This document shows, one piece after another, positions 50,951 to 64,000 of a stretch of 64,000 nucleotides of DNA. The first letter of the stretch is position 1. Every line of letters begins with the position of its first letter. The position numbers were made by a program, and so were the translations under genes. Where the stretch lies: the NCBI GenBank assembly GCA_028534125.1, contig CM052816.1, positions 63,056,001 to 63,120,000 on the forward strand, read 5' to 3'. The stretch is from Lama glama (Eukaryota). The notes under the pieces are model-generated. The model worked only from the letters and a program-made list of their open reading frames with translations. It was not told where the DNA came from and did no database searches.

Positions 50951-52592
50951 CACTACTATGGCTTCAGTTAGAGAAGTCCTGGGACAGAAAGTGTTCAGAT
51001 GGGGGTAGATACATGCAAATCACTTTCATATGCGAATTACTGCTGTCAATGACCTCTCCGGTGGAGTTAATTTCATTATCACAATGACTGTGGGTGTGTT
51101 AAAGATTGAACAAGCTGAATACCTCCAGGACTTCACTGCATACGGGTTGCTAAAATATGGGAATCATTTTAACTCAGGTTTACACATCAAAACAACTCTA
51201 CAATGGAAAGATGTAAATGGGCCCTCTCCTCCACAGGCCATGGAAGAGACTGCTTATTTTGCATTTTACTATGGTAATCTACTCATAGTACATTTGTCAG
51301 GTTTTATTTCCCTTTGCCTTCTAAGGAAAGCAAATTCTGATATCTGGAAGAACTTTCGTTTGTTAAACAGAAGTAAAACTTCTGTCCCTCATATAATGGC
51401 CTTTGGTGTTACTGGAGGCAGTAGTGAGTGAGAGTATCGTTTGAATTTAAAACTGTTACAGCACTAAACTGCTCTGCCCAAGAAAGGTAAAACTGAGAAC
51501 TGAGAATCCCAGGCACAGATCTAGAAAATGTAAGGCAGGAGCAAGAAGGCAGAATGTAGAAAAAGGAGGAAGGAAACCCCTGGCAGCCGTGAGGATGAGA
51601 AGAGGAAATTTGGAGGGCCAGGCAGGGCTCACCAAACATGGTGTGCAGCCAGTGAAACAGCAGGCACTGTGGGATGCAAACCCCCTCCTTGTCGCCCCCA
51701 TGTCACCTCAGCAAATGCTTTCTTGTTCCCTAATGTTCTCGATGATGCCAAATTTTGTTTGAGGGAAAATAAAATAGGAAGAGAGGAAGGAAGGAAGGAA
51801 AAAGAAAAGAAAAGAAGGATGAAAGGAAGGATCTTTATTATTAATAAATCAGTTTTCCCTCTAAATAAAATACTGAACACAAACACATACTTAATGAATA
51901 TTGGTAGAAGTGATGCATTTTTTATTCTATAGACCATCGTATGTATTTTTCTAGACCTGACTAAAGCCTGTTTCTACAATCCAAAGTGAATAAAATAAAA
52001 TAAATTTCCCAGTGACACGAGGCAGGACGTAGCCGATGATGCAGGCTGCACCCCAGAAGCCAGTATTAGCTCTCCAATATTTAAATACCATCTCCACAAA
52101 GTCTGTCAGCATCACTGGACAGATGCAGAGGCGAAGGAGACACAGAGCGACTTCAAAGGTTTGGAGATTTTTTTTTTTTGAGAATATATATTTTTTTAAG
52201 TTAAGGGCCTTCTCTGATCTCTCCTATCACTCTAGTCTGTCAGTGACAAGACTGGCAACTATCCCTCTGAAAAATTAGTAAGACAAGATAATACTAATTT
52301 TTTAAGGTCTAATGATATAATTTGATCCATTTTAAAAAATGTCACTCCTCTCACATTCTGTCACAGTACTGTGGTTCATACTACAATGAGTAGGGCCTCT
52401 TTGGCACAGGTGGGCATATGCAGGCCTGCATATTTGTGCAGACCATGGGATGAACATCAGCTAGCCTATTCCATTCACATCAAAGAGAAATATGCTTTGG
52501 ACCAAACATTTCAACTACAGATTGAAGTACCCAACATTTTCTGCATTAATATCTATTTCTGTTCTGCATACTTCCTTATCATTCGAATTAAA

Positions 52593-53430
52593 GTTACAGA
52601 TTGCTTGCAAAAATGGCCACAATTATTCCTTTCCCTGTATTCATACCCATTTGTAATGTGACCTCCCAGCTGGGCTGGACTTGCGACTTAGTGTTATCAG
52701 TATAATGCAGCTGAAGTGATGCTGTACCAATTCTGAAACCAAACCACAAGAGACCTTGTGTGCTTCCTGTATTAGTTTTCTTGGGCTACAATAACAACAT
52801 ACCGCAGACTGGGAGGCTTAAATGACAGAAATTTACGTTCTCACAGGCTAGAAGGAGGAGGCTAGAAGTCCAGGATTATGGTGCTGGCAAGTTTGGTTTC
52901 TTCTGAGACCTCTCTCCTTGGCTTGCTGAACACCCTCTTGCTGTGTCTTCAGATGGTTTTTCCACTACACATGTGCACCCCTAGTGTCTGTGTCCAAATT
53001 TCTTCTTCTTATAAAAGCAACAGTCAGATCGAATTAGAGTTCACCCTACATAGCCTCATTTAACTTAATCATTTCATTCGAGGCCATCTCTCCAAATATA
53101 GTCACAGAGGCTAAAGGCTCACTACCTGATTCATAGCTATGTCAGTCAGAGTTCGTTGGTGGCAGCCAAGAGAAACCATCTCTGGTTAATTAGGTAAATG
53201 GGGATATACTGGAAAGAGAGCACGCTAACAGAATCCGTAGGAAAGCTTGGAAATAGACAGAAGCACAAGTAGCTCTGAGGTCCAAGGAGCAAGAACTATT
53301 CTACAGTTTTGTCAAGAGTCCTGTGCTGTCAGTAGAATTAAAAAGGGGGAAAAAAATCCACTTAGGACATCTGCCACCAACTGAAGATTCAAAGTCCCAG
53401 GAGAAAGTATCATGCACTGAGCCTGGGTCA
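52593..53430. mobile_element. Cluster of three MaLR LTR pieces: MLT1H-like (+, ~52593-52767), MLT1B-like (-, ~52768-53110), older MLT1 (-, ~53140-53430)
   Basis: gcaaaaatggccacaat; tgtattagttttcttgggctacaataacaacataccgcagactgggaggcttaaatgacagaaattt; tgtcagtcagagttcgttggtggcagccaagagaaacc. Confidence 0.7.
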
Positions 53431-54524
53431 TGGGCTGCAGGACTGTCAGTCAAATGCATACAATACAACACGCTGACCCATCACTCAAGCTTACTTAGCT
53501 TTAAGAAAGGACACAGAAGAGGGACACGGCACACTGCAACAATGTCATGGAGGCCTCGGACAACCCAGACACATCTTCCGGTGTCCCAGTCACTACATGG
53601 GAAACACCTGAGTGGTGAGGGGTAAGCACTGATGTGAGTGTGAATCGCATAAGCACAAGAAAACTGCAAGGTCGAAGATTTCTCAGCTTAAACATCTCAC
53701 TAATTATCTGTCACTGGGAAATGGAAGGGAAGACCGCCTTGCTCCTTTTTTTGTGCAGTTGCAAATCAAACTTACAGGCTATATATACAATAAATTATCA
53801 TGACAACCAAGTAGAGTATGCAAGAACATCCATGGACCAGTAATCGACTCACAGCATCCCCAGAAAGACCCTTGTGTACCGCCAATAAATAAATTCCTTG
53901 AGTTGATATTGTAAGAAGTTTGACAACGGTCTTTCTTCAATTAATTGTGATCCTGAGGAAGATTACAGCCTAGCTGTTAACCTATTCCTTCCCCAGACTC
54001 CTCCTCTCCAGCCTGGCTAAGACAGGGCAATTCACCCGCTATTGTTCACAAAATCGAGGTGAGAGAATGTTCCAGGAAGAAAGTAGAGTGTTATTATCAA
54101 GAGAAGAGGGATGAATACAAGCTGGGAGAAACAAAAATAACAGATGCCTACCAAAAAGAGCACCATGTCAGGTTCTGTGTTCGAAAAAAAGAGAGTAGCC
54201 AAAAAGGGATAAAAAGTAGTTTCTGCCCTTAAGAAGCTTAAAATGTGTGTCAGGAAATAAAATGCACATGTAAAAAGGCACTCAGCCAAGCTGGTGGGGT
54301 CTTATTTAGAAGTAACAATTGAGTAGTAGAGAAATGAAGACTAGGAGATCAATAGAAAAATCACTGAGAGGGAGGGAGAGCTGTAGAAAAGAGGGTTAAT
54401 TTAGAGTCTAAGGATGACTTCAGGGAGCTATGTAATGGCTCTAAAATGCAGACAAAATTCTATCTGTGGGTGGATGGACAATGTATGACATGTTAACTGT
54501 GGTTCGTTCCCTGTAGATCTACCC

Positions 54525-54660
54525 CATTCATTTGTTCAACGAGTATTTACTGGACACATGCTAAATACCAGGCACTGTTCTAGGCTCTAGAAATACAGAG
54601 CCTAGAGCAATGAAAAACTCAGATCAATTCTCCACCCTCAAAGAAATTCTTCTAGTGAGG
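54525..54660 (-). mobile_element. L2 3' terminus
   Basis: cattcatttgttcaacgagtatttactggacacatgctaaataccaggcactgttctagg. Confidence 0.75.
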
Positions 54661-54999
54661 CAAGACTTGGGACCAATATTGTCCTATGTTGATGTCTTAG
54701 GGTGAGAGTGAGCAGTGGTGCCATAGAAGTAACCAGAAAAAAAAATCCAAACTCTTGGCTATTCAGTTTTTAAGAATCTTCAATGTACATATTTAACAGA
54801 AGACAAACACTTTTATTTTTAAATTTTTTGTGCATGTGTTCGTGTGAGAGCAAGCGAGAAAGATGGTCTTTGTGTGATTTATTTTCTAAATGATATTTGA
54901 CGTCTTTAACTCAAACTTTAGAATGAATTTAACTTCTGTTATTTGTCTGGCAATTGAAACAGAATTACCATGATAGCCTAAAAAAATTAAAAGAACTAT

Positions 55000-55122
55000 T
55001 TGGGGGGAGGGGGGGAGGCAATTTGATTGATTGAATGATTGATTTATCAAGACACTAGGGATTAAACTCAGGACCTTGCGCATGCTAAGCACGTGCTCTA
55101 CCACTGAGCTATATCCTCCCCC
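55000..55122 (-). mobile_element. tRNA-Ala-derived camelid SINE (Vic-1-like)
   Basis: Reverse reads ggggaggatatagctcagtggtagagcacgtgcttagcatgcgcaaggtcctgagtttaatccctagtg; same family as the copy at 12071. Confidence 0.85.
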
Positions 55123-55459
55123 TGCTATTTTTCAATATTTTAAAATAAAAACAGCTGAATTAACGATGCAAATAGTAGAATATTTGTGAGGCATAGTTCA
55201 ATTTGCAGACAAAGCTGGGTACCCAAATGCACTTGCAGGACGGACTTTCAGCGATAGATCCTGAAGCCACCAGGGCCTGCAGCTGGTTAAACACTGAATT
55301 AATAAAATGTACAACAGATGTGTAGCTGGAATACCTGAGTTCCACGCCATCTCTGCTGCTCCCTGGTGCTGTGTCTATGTTCATATTATTACCCTTTCCT
55401 CTGGGCAAAATGACAGCAATCACCCACACTTACATTAACCCAGGGTGTAGGTTTTTTCT

Positions 55460-57050
55460 TGTTGATTTATTAATTTTTATCTTGAAAATGTTCAAACCTA
55501 TAGAATATTACATGAACACTTGCACATCCCTCACCAGGAACCACCAACTGTTAACACCTTGCCCCATCTTTCCAACCATCTCACTATTTGCTGGCTTCCC
55601 TTGGATCATGGCCCATTTGCTCCATCTTGAAAGCCAGTAACTGAGTCCTTCTCAAACTGCCATCTCTCTAGTTCTCTCTCTTCTGCCTCCCTCTTCCACT
55701 TATAAGGACCCTGCTGATTATATTGAGTTATACTGAGTAAAGATTATATTATAATCTTTTCATCTCAAGGTCCTTAACCTTACTCCCCTCTGCAAAATTC
55801 CTTTTATCGTTTAAAGTAACTCATTTCTGGGATTAGGGCATAAGTATCTTTGTGGATTGTTATTCTGTTACCGCAACACCATGGCATCCATTGATGATGC
55901 TTACCTGACTCAATTTTATCATGTTGGAGATTACAAAACAGTGATTATTACAAAATAGTGATTGTTCTATCATTTATTCTGCACGTATTAGTTGGCATTA
56001 TTCTACTTAAAGGGAGACAATCTTCTCTCACGATCCCTCCTTTTCTTCCTCTCCCTTTCCCTTTCTATTTCTGGGTATCGCTGTGGATTCATGGATGTTT
56101 AAACACTTATTACCATTACTATTCATGCTGTGTCTTGACAAGACCCAGTTAGCCTTTGAACAATTCACTGTTTCCTGGCACAAGAAGTTTCAAGCTCATG
56201 TTATGCTTTCCCCAATTTGCTGTTTCTCTAAGAAATTCGGGTTTCTTTTAGTGGATTGTGGTATTCACAACCAAGATCTGGGTGCTAGCAGTACTCACTG
56301 CCACTAGGGTGTCACTGCTTTTAGGTTTTTCCAGGGGAGAACAAGTGTATACAGTTAGCCAGTGATCTGTATGTGGTGCGTGTGTGTGTATGTTAGTTCT
56401 CTATTATTCATATAATACATACATATATCTATATACAGATATTTGAAAATTATTAATCTATATTAATAACTCCAATCTAAATTTAACACCAGAGTCCTTC
56501 CTTACTATCCTGCCATCCTGTATGTTGTAACTCTCTTTGAGTGAAAATCCTAAGTTGCCAACATCAACATATTATTTATTTCATCCTAAAACACATACAA
56601 AATAGTTTTAGAATTACAATGTCTGCCGCAAGCAAACCACAACACATCGTTAAGATTCCCTGCAGTTATTCTGTTATCTTAGGTGAATCCCAGTACAAAC
56701 CCATGTCCAAATATAATCCAGTTAAGTGTCTACTCTACAGTTATGTCATCAGTTTTCATACAGTTAGGATTAGTGTTTGTTTCTGTTAGTAAACAATTTT
56801 AAGGTTTGACTTGTTTTTATCTTTTTCCATTTAATTTTTTGAGTACATAAATTGTTAAAATGGCTTAAAAGTCCAAACTATTTAAAATGTCTCACTTAAA
56901 ATGTCAAAAGTCTCACTCACTTCCCCATCCTTTTTATCCCATTCCTACCCATCCCCTATGACAAATCATTTTCATTACTTTTTCATTTATCCTTTGTATG
57001 TTCCTTTAAATAAGGAAATACATAAACATATTCTTATACTCCCAGAAGAA
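55460..57050 (-). mobile_element. L1MC4/5-like 3' region, interrupted by an MLT1D-like LTR (~55590-55877, -)
   Basis: ttgaaaatgttcaaacctatagaa...caactgttaacaccttgccc; atccattgatgatgcttacctgactcaatt; ccaagatctgggtgctag; MLT1D-like tctgcctccctcttccacttataaggaccc. Confidence 0.7.
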
Positions 57051-58159
57051 TAATTTATGACCAAGTTACTTCTCCTACCCCATCCAGAGCCTCCAAGCTG
57101 TCAAGGAGAAAGGGGCTGGAAGAAGGGCAGAGCCGTGAGACGGGAGAATCGGGGAGTCAGGACCAAGGACACAGCAGTGACCAGCAACAGCGACTGCACC
57201 AGAGGACACGATGGGGACATGGCTACTCAGCAAGAGAAGCAAGAGGTGATGGAGGCAACGACCCAAAGTCCCCGCACGCCGTTCAGACATCTCAGGGATA
57301 CCTGCCCAGACCAGATCAAGGGAAAGAAGCAGGGTCGCAGGGTTCAGAAGTAACCCCAGAAGGAGGGAGAGGGGAGGAAGTATCATGATTTTGCTGCTGT
57401 CATTGTCATTTTAAACCTCAAGTCGTGGAGAAGTCCTGCAGGGAGGGCATACGGCCAGGAGCTGGATTCGGTTCCTGCTATCAGGCAGAACGCAGGCTGA
57501 GACAGCGATGAAACGCAGTCACTGGTGAACAAAGAAGGTTACATTTTTGCACACCACTTAGTGGCCTTTGAGAACACGGTGCATCTGAGCATTTTTTCTG
57601 GGGGAAAAGCCTATCATTTTAACCTAATTTTCAAAAGGTCCCTGGATCAAAACAGGTTAAAAACTACTGTGTTTGTTTAACAGAAACAATGTAAGGACAA
57701 GAGAAAAATAAACCAAGGAGCTCATTTCACTACAACAGCTGCATTTTACGTTTTATGGGATCATTGGACCCTTTAGCTCTCCTCTCTCTTATTTACCTGG
57801 ACAGTCTCATCTTTACTCATCAGAATTTAATTAATTCTGCTGAAACTATCACGTAGACTTCTTTTCTTTTTCCCGTTCCTATTTCCCCTGGTAGTCTTAC
57901 ATGTTTACAGTTGCATGATAAATGGTATTTCTTCCATCTTAATCATTATGAATTAATTATTAGTTACTTATCAGTTATTTATTCTTCTAATCTAAGAATG
58001 ATTATTCAACTAATGCTTATTGTGGGTAGCATGTTCCTTTTCAATTCGTAAATCTAGCACAGTGAAAGTTTGCTTTATGCATTGCTATCTTCAATAAAGC
58101 AAAGTTCTGTATTAACATATGAAGTGCATTTATATCCATTCAGAAGGGCTTGTAAGAGG

Positions 58160-58325
58160 GAAGCAGTGTATCACGGAAAAACAGGAGATTAAGGCAGCGC
58201 TCGGTGATCCGTGTTCTAATCGTTTCCCTGCCAAGCATTTAGCTGCGTGACCCTGCACATCTCCGGCTGTTATTCCCTCACATGTGAAATCAGTTAAACA
58301 ACTATGAGGCAGCTATGAGGGTTCT
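58160..58325 (+). mobile_element. MIR SINE
   Basis: gaagcagtgtatcacggaaaaa...tagctgcgtgaccctg...ccctcacatgtgaaat. Confidence 0.55.
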
Positions 58326-59399
58326 GGGCCAGGTCACTAGGAGAATAAATAGAGACAGACATATCTTTTAATTACTTTCTCTACATGGTTCACCCTTTGC
58401 TTTCACATGGAATCTTCTATATCTTCACATCATGGCCTTGTTTTTTTTTTTTTTTTTGCCATTTGTTTAAAATGTGTTGAAAATACACCTTTGGACACAG
58501 AGCTGATAACCTTGAGTGACTATGTTATGCAGACCATACAGAATGAAGAGTAATCTCCTATGGGAAAGCAGGATTTTGTTGCAAAAAAATAAGAGGAAAT
58601 GCATGCTGGCCAGACAAATATGTCAGATATCTACCATGGCATGCCAAGCAGAAGCCCAGTTCTTTACCACTATGCTCAGGGTGCTTTGGCTTAATAAATG
58701 CCTATGCCTAAAATTTTGCCCAGTCTTGCAAAAGGTGTGAAAAGGAGTCGTGAGGCTAATTATATACTACACTTTGTTTTTCCTGTAAACCTCAATAGGG
58801 CTCAGTCAAAAAAAATTATGCCTGATTTTCCAAAGCTTGATATGGATTCCACATATCTGCTGGAACCAGTAAGAAAGTTAGGTAGATCATCTCTTGGTTT
58901 AAAACACATTTTTGTATTGTTCTAGAAGCTTGTAAGATGAGTCAGGACTGAAGATTAATTATATTCCCCCCAAAGCCATACAGAATACAGTCTGAGACAA
59001 GACTTCATTCCATTTCCCAGGCATCCCTGAAAGGGCTAAATGATATGAACTAAATAACTTCAAAACTATAAATGCCCAAATCTCATGATATTTTCCAAAA
59101 TGCCTGAAATTTTAATAATAAAACACTCTTCATATAAATTTAATTTTTTTCTAAAGTAAATTCCTTCTCTATTGACCCACAGAAACTGAAAATCCTAAAA
59201 TATATAAGAAAGCATATCTCTTGCCTAGTTCTTTGTTCTTATCCTGCTCAGGTCCATCAGAAGCATTTAACCTTGGTACCTAGCTAGAATCTGGGTTCTA
59301 CTTTCAGCAGATAAAAGCAGGGACATCTGCCAAAAATGATTATTCCTTCAGCTCCTCCAGAGTTGTGATTTTCCTAACCCCAAATCTTCTTGATTTAAC

Positions 59400-59735
59400 T
59401 TTCAATTCTCTGAGCTCTTAACACTCTAATTTTAAATTAAGTGCTCCAACATCAGTTCCACAGAGAGGCTTTTCTCTTCCTGAGGGTGAAATTAGGTCTC
59501 TCTGGAACATGATTTTATTCTGTCCTATACTTTCCTTGATAACATGTCACAATTTGTAATTCAATATCATATGAGTATGTCAACATGCCTGTCTCTCCCT
59601 CTAAAGCCTAAACTCCATGAGGGAAATACTGAACCTCCTCTGGTTTGCTCACTGTGATAATGTCAGAGCAGAGCTAGTGCCTAGCTAGTGCCCAGCAAGA
59701 AGCAGGTGCATGCAGTAAACATTTGTTGGATGATT
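59400..59735 (+). mobile_element. L2 3' fragment
   Basis: gcctgtctctccctctaaagcctaaactccatgaggga...agtgcccagcaagaagcaggtgcatgcagtaaacatttgttggatga. Confidence 0.65.
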
Positions 59736-61254
59736 AGGTCATCCGTAGCTGAAAACCTTCTCTTTGAGACTCTATAGACCGGAGTGGAAGGGGAATCAGA
59801 GCTTTCCCTCAAGACCAATAGATGAGAAAACACTGAAAAAAAAAATAATAGAAAAAGAATAAAGGCAATAGCTCACTTAACCTTTTGATTTTTAAGGCCA
59901 GCATTCTCTCCAATAATGCTAGGTTTTATTACAGATAACACAATCTGCTCAATCTCTTCAAGTGAAGAAAAATAGGATAGATAGATTCAAGTTCAAACTC
60001 AGTTTCAAAGTAACTGTAGCACATTTGCTCCTTGCCATCTAGATAGTTTTATAAATTCTATAGCTGTTGGTGGCATAAAGAATGCAACAGAAAGATACAA
60101 AGTAATAAATGAAACTGAATTAAGAACAATCAGTTTGAGGTTCTAGAGAACATGGATTTAACCTTCTTTGAATAAGAACAGTATTTAACAGGTATTGGCT
60201 TGACAAAACCTAAAAATACATATTATTAAACTAAGAGGGTGGGGGTATGTAATGTCTTTTATGCCTTATTATTTCAATATTTTAGCCAAAATTCACAACA
60301 ACAAGCTAAACCAGAAGTTTATTCCTGCCCACATGAAATGTCTAGGTTGCCTTCAGGAGGGACAGGATGTCTAAAAGTGAGGGACTGTGCAACCCAAGCA
60401 GATTCCCCTTCCCACCCCAAAGTCAGCTTGAGCTTTTATGTATTTTATATATCAGGTTTCTCCAGAAAGTTTCTCTGAAGAAAGGATGCCAAGGATTTTT
60501 TTTCAAGTGCTTGAAAATAATTGGAGTAAGCTAATACACAATGTCTCCTACCTAGCTACATATACTTTGGAGAGGAAAATGGCCAGTCTAAGTTAGCAAG
60601 TGGTTTTCTGATCATAAAGACTCAATCCTCTGTCATTACTGTCAACTACCAGCTCCTACATTTCACAGCTTTCTTTCAAATCTCCTGGCGAAGACAGAGC
60701 ATGGGAAACCTAGAAGAGCCCTCTTACAAACAAAATACCCCTCATTTGTGAATAATTCAGTGCCTGCTACTTTTTCTAAAGCACACCCATAGCCTTGTTC
60801 TGACCTTGTAGCATTTCTACCTCTGGTCTGTCATGATATTTTTAAGACTCATTTCAGCTCAAACATTTCACTTTAAAGTCCTCTAAAAGTGCCACTTTAA
60901 AAGGGAATTTTATTTGTCTGATTATTTGCACTTTTAGACTAAGAGTTAGAAAGATTTTATAAACCTACTTCTGAAAAGAGCACTAGGGGAAGAAAAGTAA
61001 AAATCCCCTATGGTTTTCCAGATAATGCCATATACTAACACTTGGTTTAGAGCAGCTACCATCTCTGATTTTGTAACTATGTCATAGCCAAATCTTTGGA
61101 GCCTTAAATATTGGTGCCAGTCCCCGTTACATTTAACCTAGTCATTGTCGGGTTGTTTCCTCCTCCACTCCTGATCATCCCAGGACAGTTTTCACTTCAG
61201 GTTAAACTTCTGCTTCATGGGAATTACTGCAATTCCTCTGGCAGAAAGTAGACA

Positions 61255-61470
61255 GTGTACACGTGGTTAAGATGGGAGAGTAGGGAAGAACAGCCCTTAG
61301 ATTCAAGTGTCAGCTCTTTCCCTCACTCACTGTGTGAACTTGGACACGTTAGCCTCTCTGCATCTAAGCATCCCCGTGCATAAGATGGGAGTAAGAGGAC
61401 CACCTGCCAACAGGCTTGTTGTAAGGACTAAAGTAGGGTATCTGACCCAGTAGCTCCTATATATATATTA
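61255..61470 (+). mobile_element. MIR SINE
   Basis: acagtgtacacgtggttaag...ctgtgtgaacttggacacgttagcctctctgcatctaagcatccccgtgcataagatggg. Confidence 0.65.
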
Positions 61471-61849
61471 ATCACTGCTGCTGTTATTTACAGGTGTCAA
61501 CAACGAAGCTAGAGATTCTATCTGGTTTCCATGTGTCTCTCAACCCAACCAGAAATTAGCTGGACAATTATTAACAGACCAACACCTTGTGTTTTGTTAG
61601 ATAACTTTTCTAGATTTTTATCTTCACTGGTGATTCAAAGGAAGGATATAAAAAGTGTAGGAGTTGGTGGTTATAAATCATGACAAATAATTTCATTCAA
61701 CATCAACATCAAGACATGGGAGTAAGAATCTCCTTATCCAATCCATTGACCCATCCAGCTTGAGCTGTGTTTCCAATCAAAGAAAAGAAGAAGGGAAGGT
61801 GAGGTCTAGTCCTACCTACTTCTCATGGAAGTCACTTACAATTCTTTCA

Positions 61850-62270
61850 GTCCTAAATAAATGTCCCAATCCTTTTTAAATGTGTTTTCATTTGCTACCT
61901 ACAGCACTTCTTAACATGTCTCAACAGGTTGTCCTCAACAAATAATGCTTCTCTGTAGTTATATTAAATGTCCCTCTCAAGTGTCTAAAGGAGCTTCTCT
62001 CATCTTAGGTCTTCAAGCTTTTTTTGAACAAGTCCTTCTTTCTCTTCTCTAAGTTGTTAGTGATTTTACTGATATTAATCAGACTTCCGCTCAGTCTTTG
62101 GTTTTCTAAATGGAGGTCTAATATTTGCAGTACGTTTTCACACAGGAGCCCCTACTCTCACCCCAGTTCCCCAGCCTCTTTCTCCTCATGGATGTGGCAT
62201 ACATACACACATATATTCTCTTTTCAGTTGCTTTTTTTCTGGCTTTCTCTAATATGCTTTTCATAGTTCT
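61850..62270 (-). mobile_element. CR1/L3 LINE 3' remnant
   Basis: Minus strand ttagagaaagccagaaaaaaagcaactgaaa (LE.VQRRATK-like), ttagaaaaccaaagactgagcggaagtctgat, aaaacacatttaaaaaggattgggacattt. Confidence 0.55.
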
Positions 62271-63220
62271 GGTACAGATGTATCACGATTTGTAGAAGAA
62301 AGACAACATCTTGTTTTCAGTACCTCCCTTGAAGATGCTCAACATTATGTTTGACCTTCTGATGTCAGTAGTATTTTGAATGAACATCCTTGGGGTTGTT
62401 CATTGCTACTCATGCATTTCCAAAATTTGTTGGCTATAATGTCAAATATAAGTTGATAATCTGAGTTGGGGATGGCATAAAAATGAGGTTGATGGGAAGT
62501 GAGTTTGGCATACTCAACACACCTGAGGAATATAAAGACAGCTCAACTCTGAATGCTCTATGCCACGCATTCCATTAATCAGGGCAGGGAAGGAGTCCCT
62601 GGGCACCTGTGTGTTTACCCCATAACAGGTCATTGATGATGTGAAGACAAATACTTCATCTTTGAAAAGTCAAGGATCGCTTCCCAAAATGGTTTTGTCC
62701 TTCCCACCTCGGAAAAGCCTGAAGGAGAAAAATAATCCTGAATGTGCTGTTGAAGCTATAAGGGAAAAGACATAAAAGGAAGGTTTTCTGCACTTTGAAA
62801 TGTGTACAAAGAGAGGATGAATATATGCCAAAGACAGCTGGTTGACCTAGATGTATCAGTACCCTATAGCTGAATTCATCTTAGTGCACAAGCCACTTAC
62901 CATCTTGACTAGAGATAAACTGCCTGTTCTGAAAGGCGGGGGGGCAAAGCCTTGCTTTTTTTTTTTTTTTTTTTGACTTGTTATTCTCACTTGAGGAAAA
63001 AAATGATCTTCAAACATATTGTTTATTCTGAGTCATGAGTTTGAAAAAAGGAACCTTAAAAATGTAAAATGAAGGTCTGGTCTGTACTTTCTGAGGAAAA
63101 TAATAGCATGCTATAGAATATTTTTGACACTCCAGGAAAGACAGTAATTGCCTGTGTAACTTGGAACACATACTCATTGTTCCTTTTTTGGAATCTTCCA
63201 TTCTCGAAGATCACTTCATT

Positions 63221-63430
63221 AAGTGGTTCTCAACATGGGCAACTCTGATCCCTGAAGGACCTTTGGCAAATGTCTGGGACTTGTGGCAATGTCTAGGGGC
63301 TGGGGTGCTACTGGCATCTACCAGGGAGAGACCAGAGATACCGTTAAATATCCCCTGGTGCACAAAGCAATCCCCTACACAAAAAATTTTCCAGCCCAAA
63401 ATGTCAGCAGTGCCAAAATCAGGAAGCCTT
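63221..63430 (+). mobile_element. MER20 hAT-Charlie MITE
   Basis: agtggttctcaac...tttggcaaatgtctgg...ggggtgctactggcatcta...ccagcccaaaatgtcagcagtgcc. Confidence 0.85.
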
Positions 63431-64000
63431 ACAATGAGATGAGAAAGGTTCCTGAGAAAGGAAGGCTGATGCAAACAGCTGACTACTGGGGCAGTGCCTC
63501 TTTAGGGAGGCTGGCGAACCTCCCTCACCACTTCCTGGTTCCTCTGGAAGTCTGAAGAATTGACCAAGCCACATAAGGACAGTTTTATTATACAGAACAC
63601 AGAGCTGCATAAAGCTGGTTTGGAGAATGCCAGAAGAAACTGAGGCTGAATCCAAGCTTTCTCATCCTTTTCCTGTACTTGGAGGCAGCTAGTCACCCAG
63701 AACAAGCCTGACCCATTTTAACTACCTAAGAGGTGCCCAGGAACTGGCACAGTCACCCACCATGATTAAATATCACTTCAGTACCCCTACCTCCCGGGAA
63801 GCAGAACTGAAGAACCCTTCACTCTATAGAAACGTGGTAGAAGGGTGAATAAGTGTTACCCCCAATCACCAAATCCCGTAAGTGTCAAAAAGCCTTGTTT
63901 GCACAGGAACAGCATGATGGGCAGGTCCGACAGGGCAAGGCAGTGGTTTGTGGTTCTCTTAATTCACAAGATAACTGTCTCTCTCTCCTGCCCTTCTCTT

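Noticed and set aside
51030..51431. 133-aa ORF in apparently unique DNA
   Set aside because: No recognisable homology, promoter or splice context; the length is within chance range for 64 kb.
62368..62410. Hairpin (aatgaaca...tgttcatt) as a possible miRNA
   Set aside because: The stem is too short and bulged for a pre-miRNA, and I recognise no mature sequence.
62619..62718. Minus-strand exon candidate after a strong acceptor (ggattatttttctccttcag)
   Set aside because: Stops in all three frames and a weak donor, with no other support.

Overview
Mammalian non-coding genomic DNA with two 500-N scaffold gaps (26681-27180, 42321-42820). Two tRNA-Ala-like SINEs of the type I recognise as camelid (Vic-1-like), with no ruminant or pig SINEs seen, suggest a camel or alpaca assembly. 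I found no intact protein-coding gene, RNA gene or CRISPR array. The ORFs that can be assigned are decayed L1 ORF2 or ERV-L pol/dUTPase fragments. The window is a mosaic of old repeats: MIR, L2, CR1/L3, MaLR/ERVL LTRs, MER DNA transposons, and L1M and artiodactyl-type L1. I see no evidence of a novel biological system. The most notable structures are: (i) a nested 5'-truncated L1 with a probable ~270 bp 3' transduction, inside a larger L1 at 8.6-14 kb; (ii) a perfect 59-bp triplication in that L1; (iii) two short local duplications at 44-46.6 kb; (iv) an apparent strand-skew flip at both gaps, suggesting the middle contig is mis-oriented within a long transcription unit; (v) a CpG-retaining patch at ~57.1-57.6 kb. 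Repeat subfamily names are recalled from consensus sequences and boundaries are approximate. Both need RepeatMasker/Dfam confirmation.
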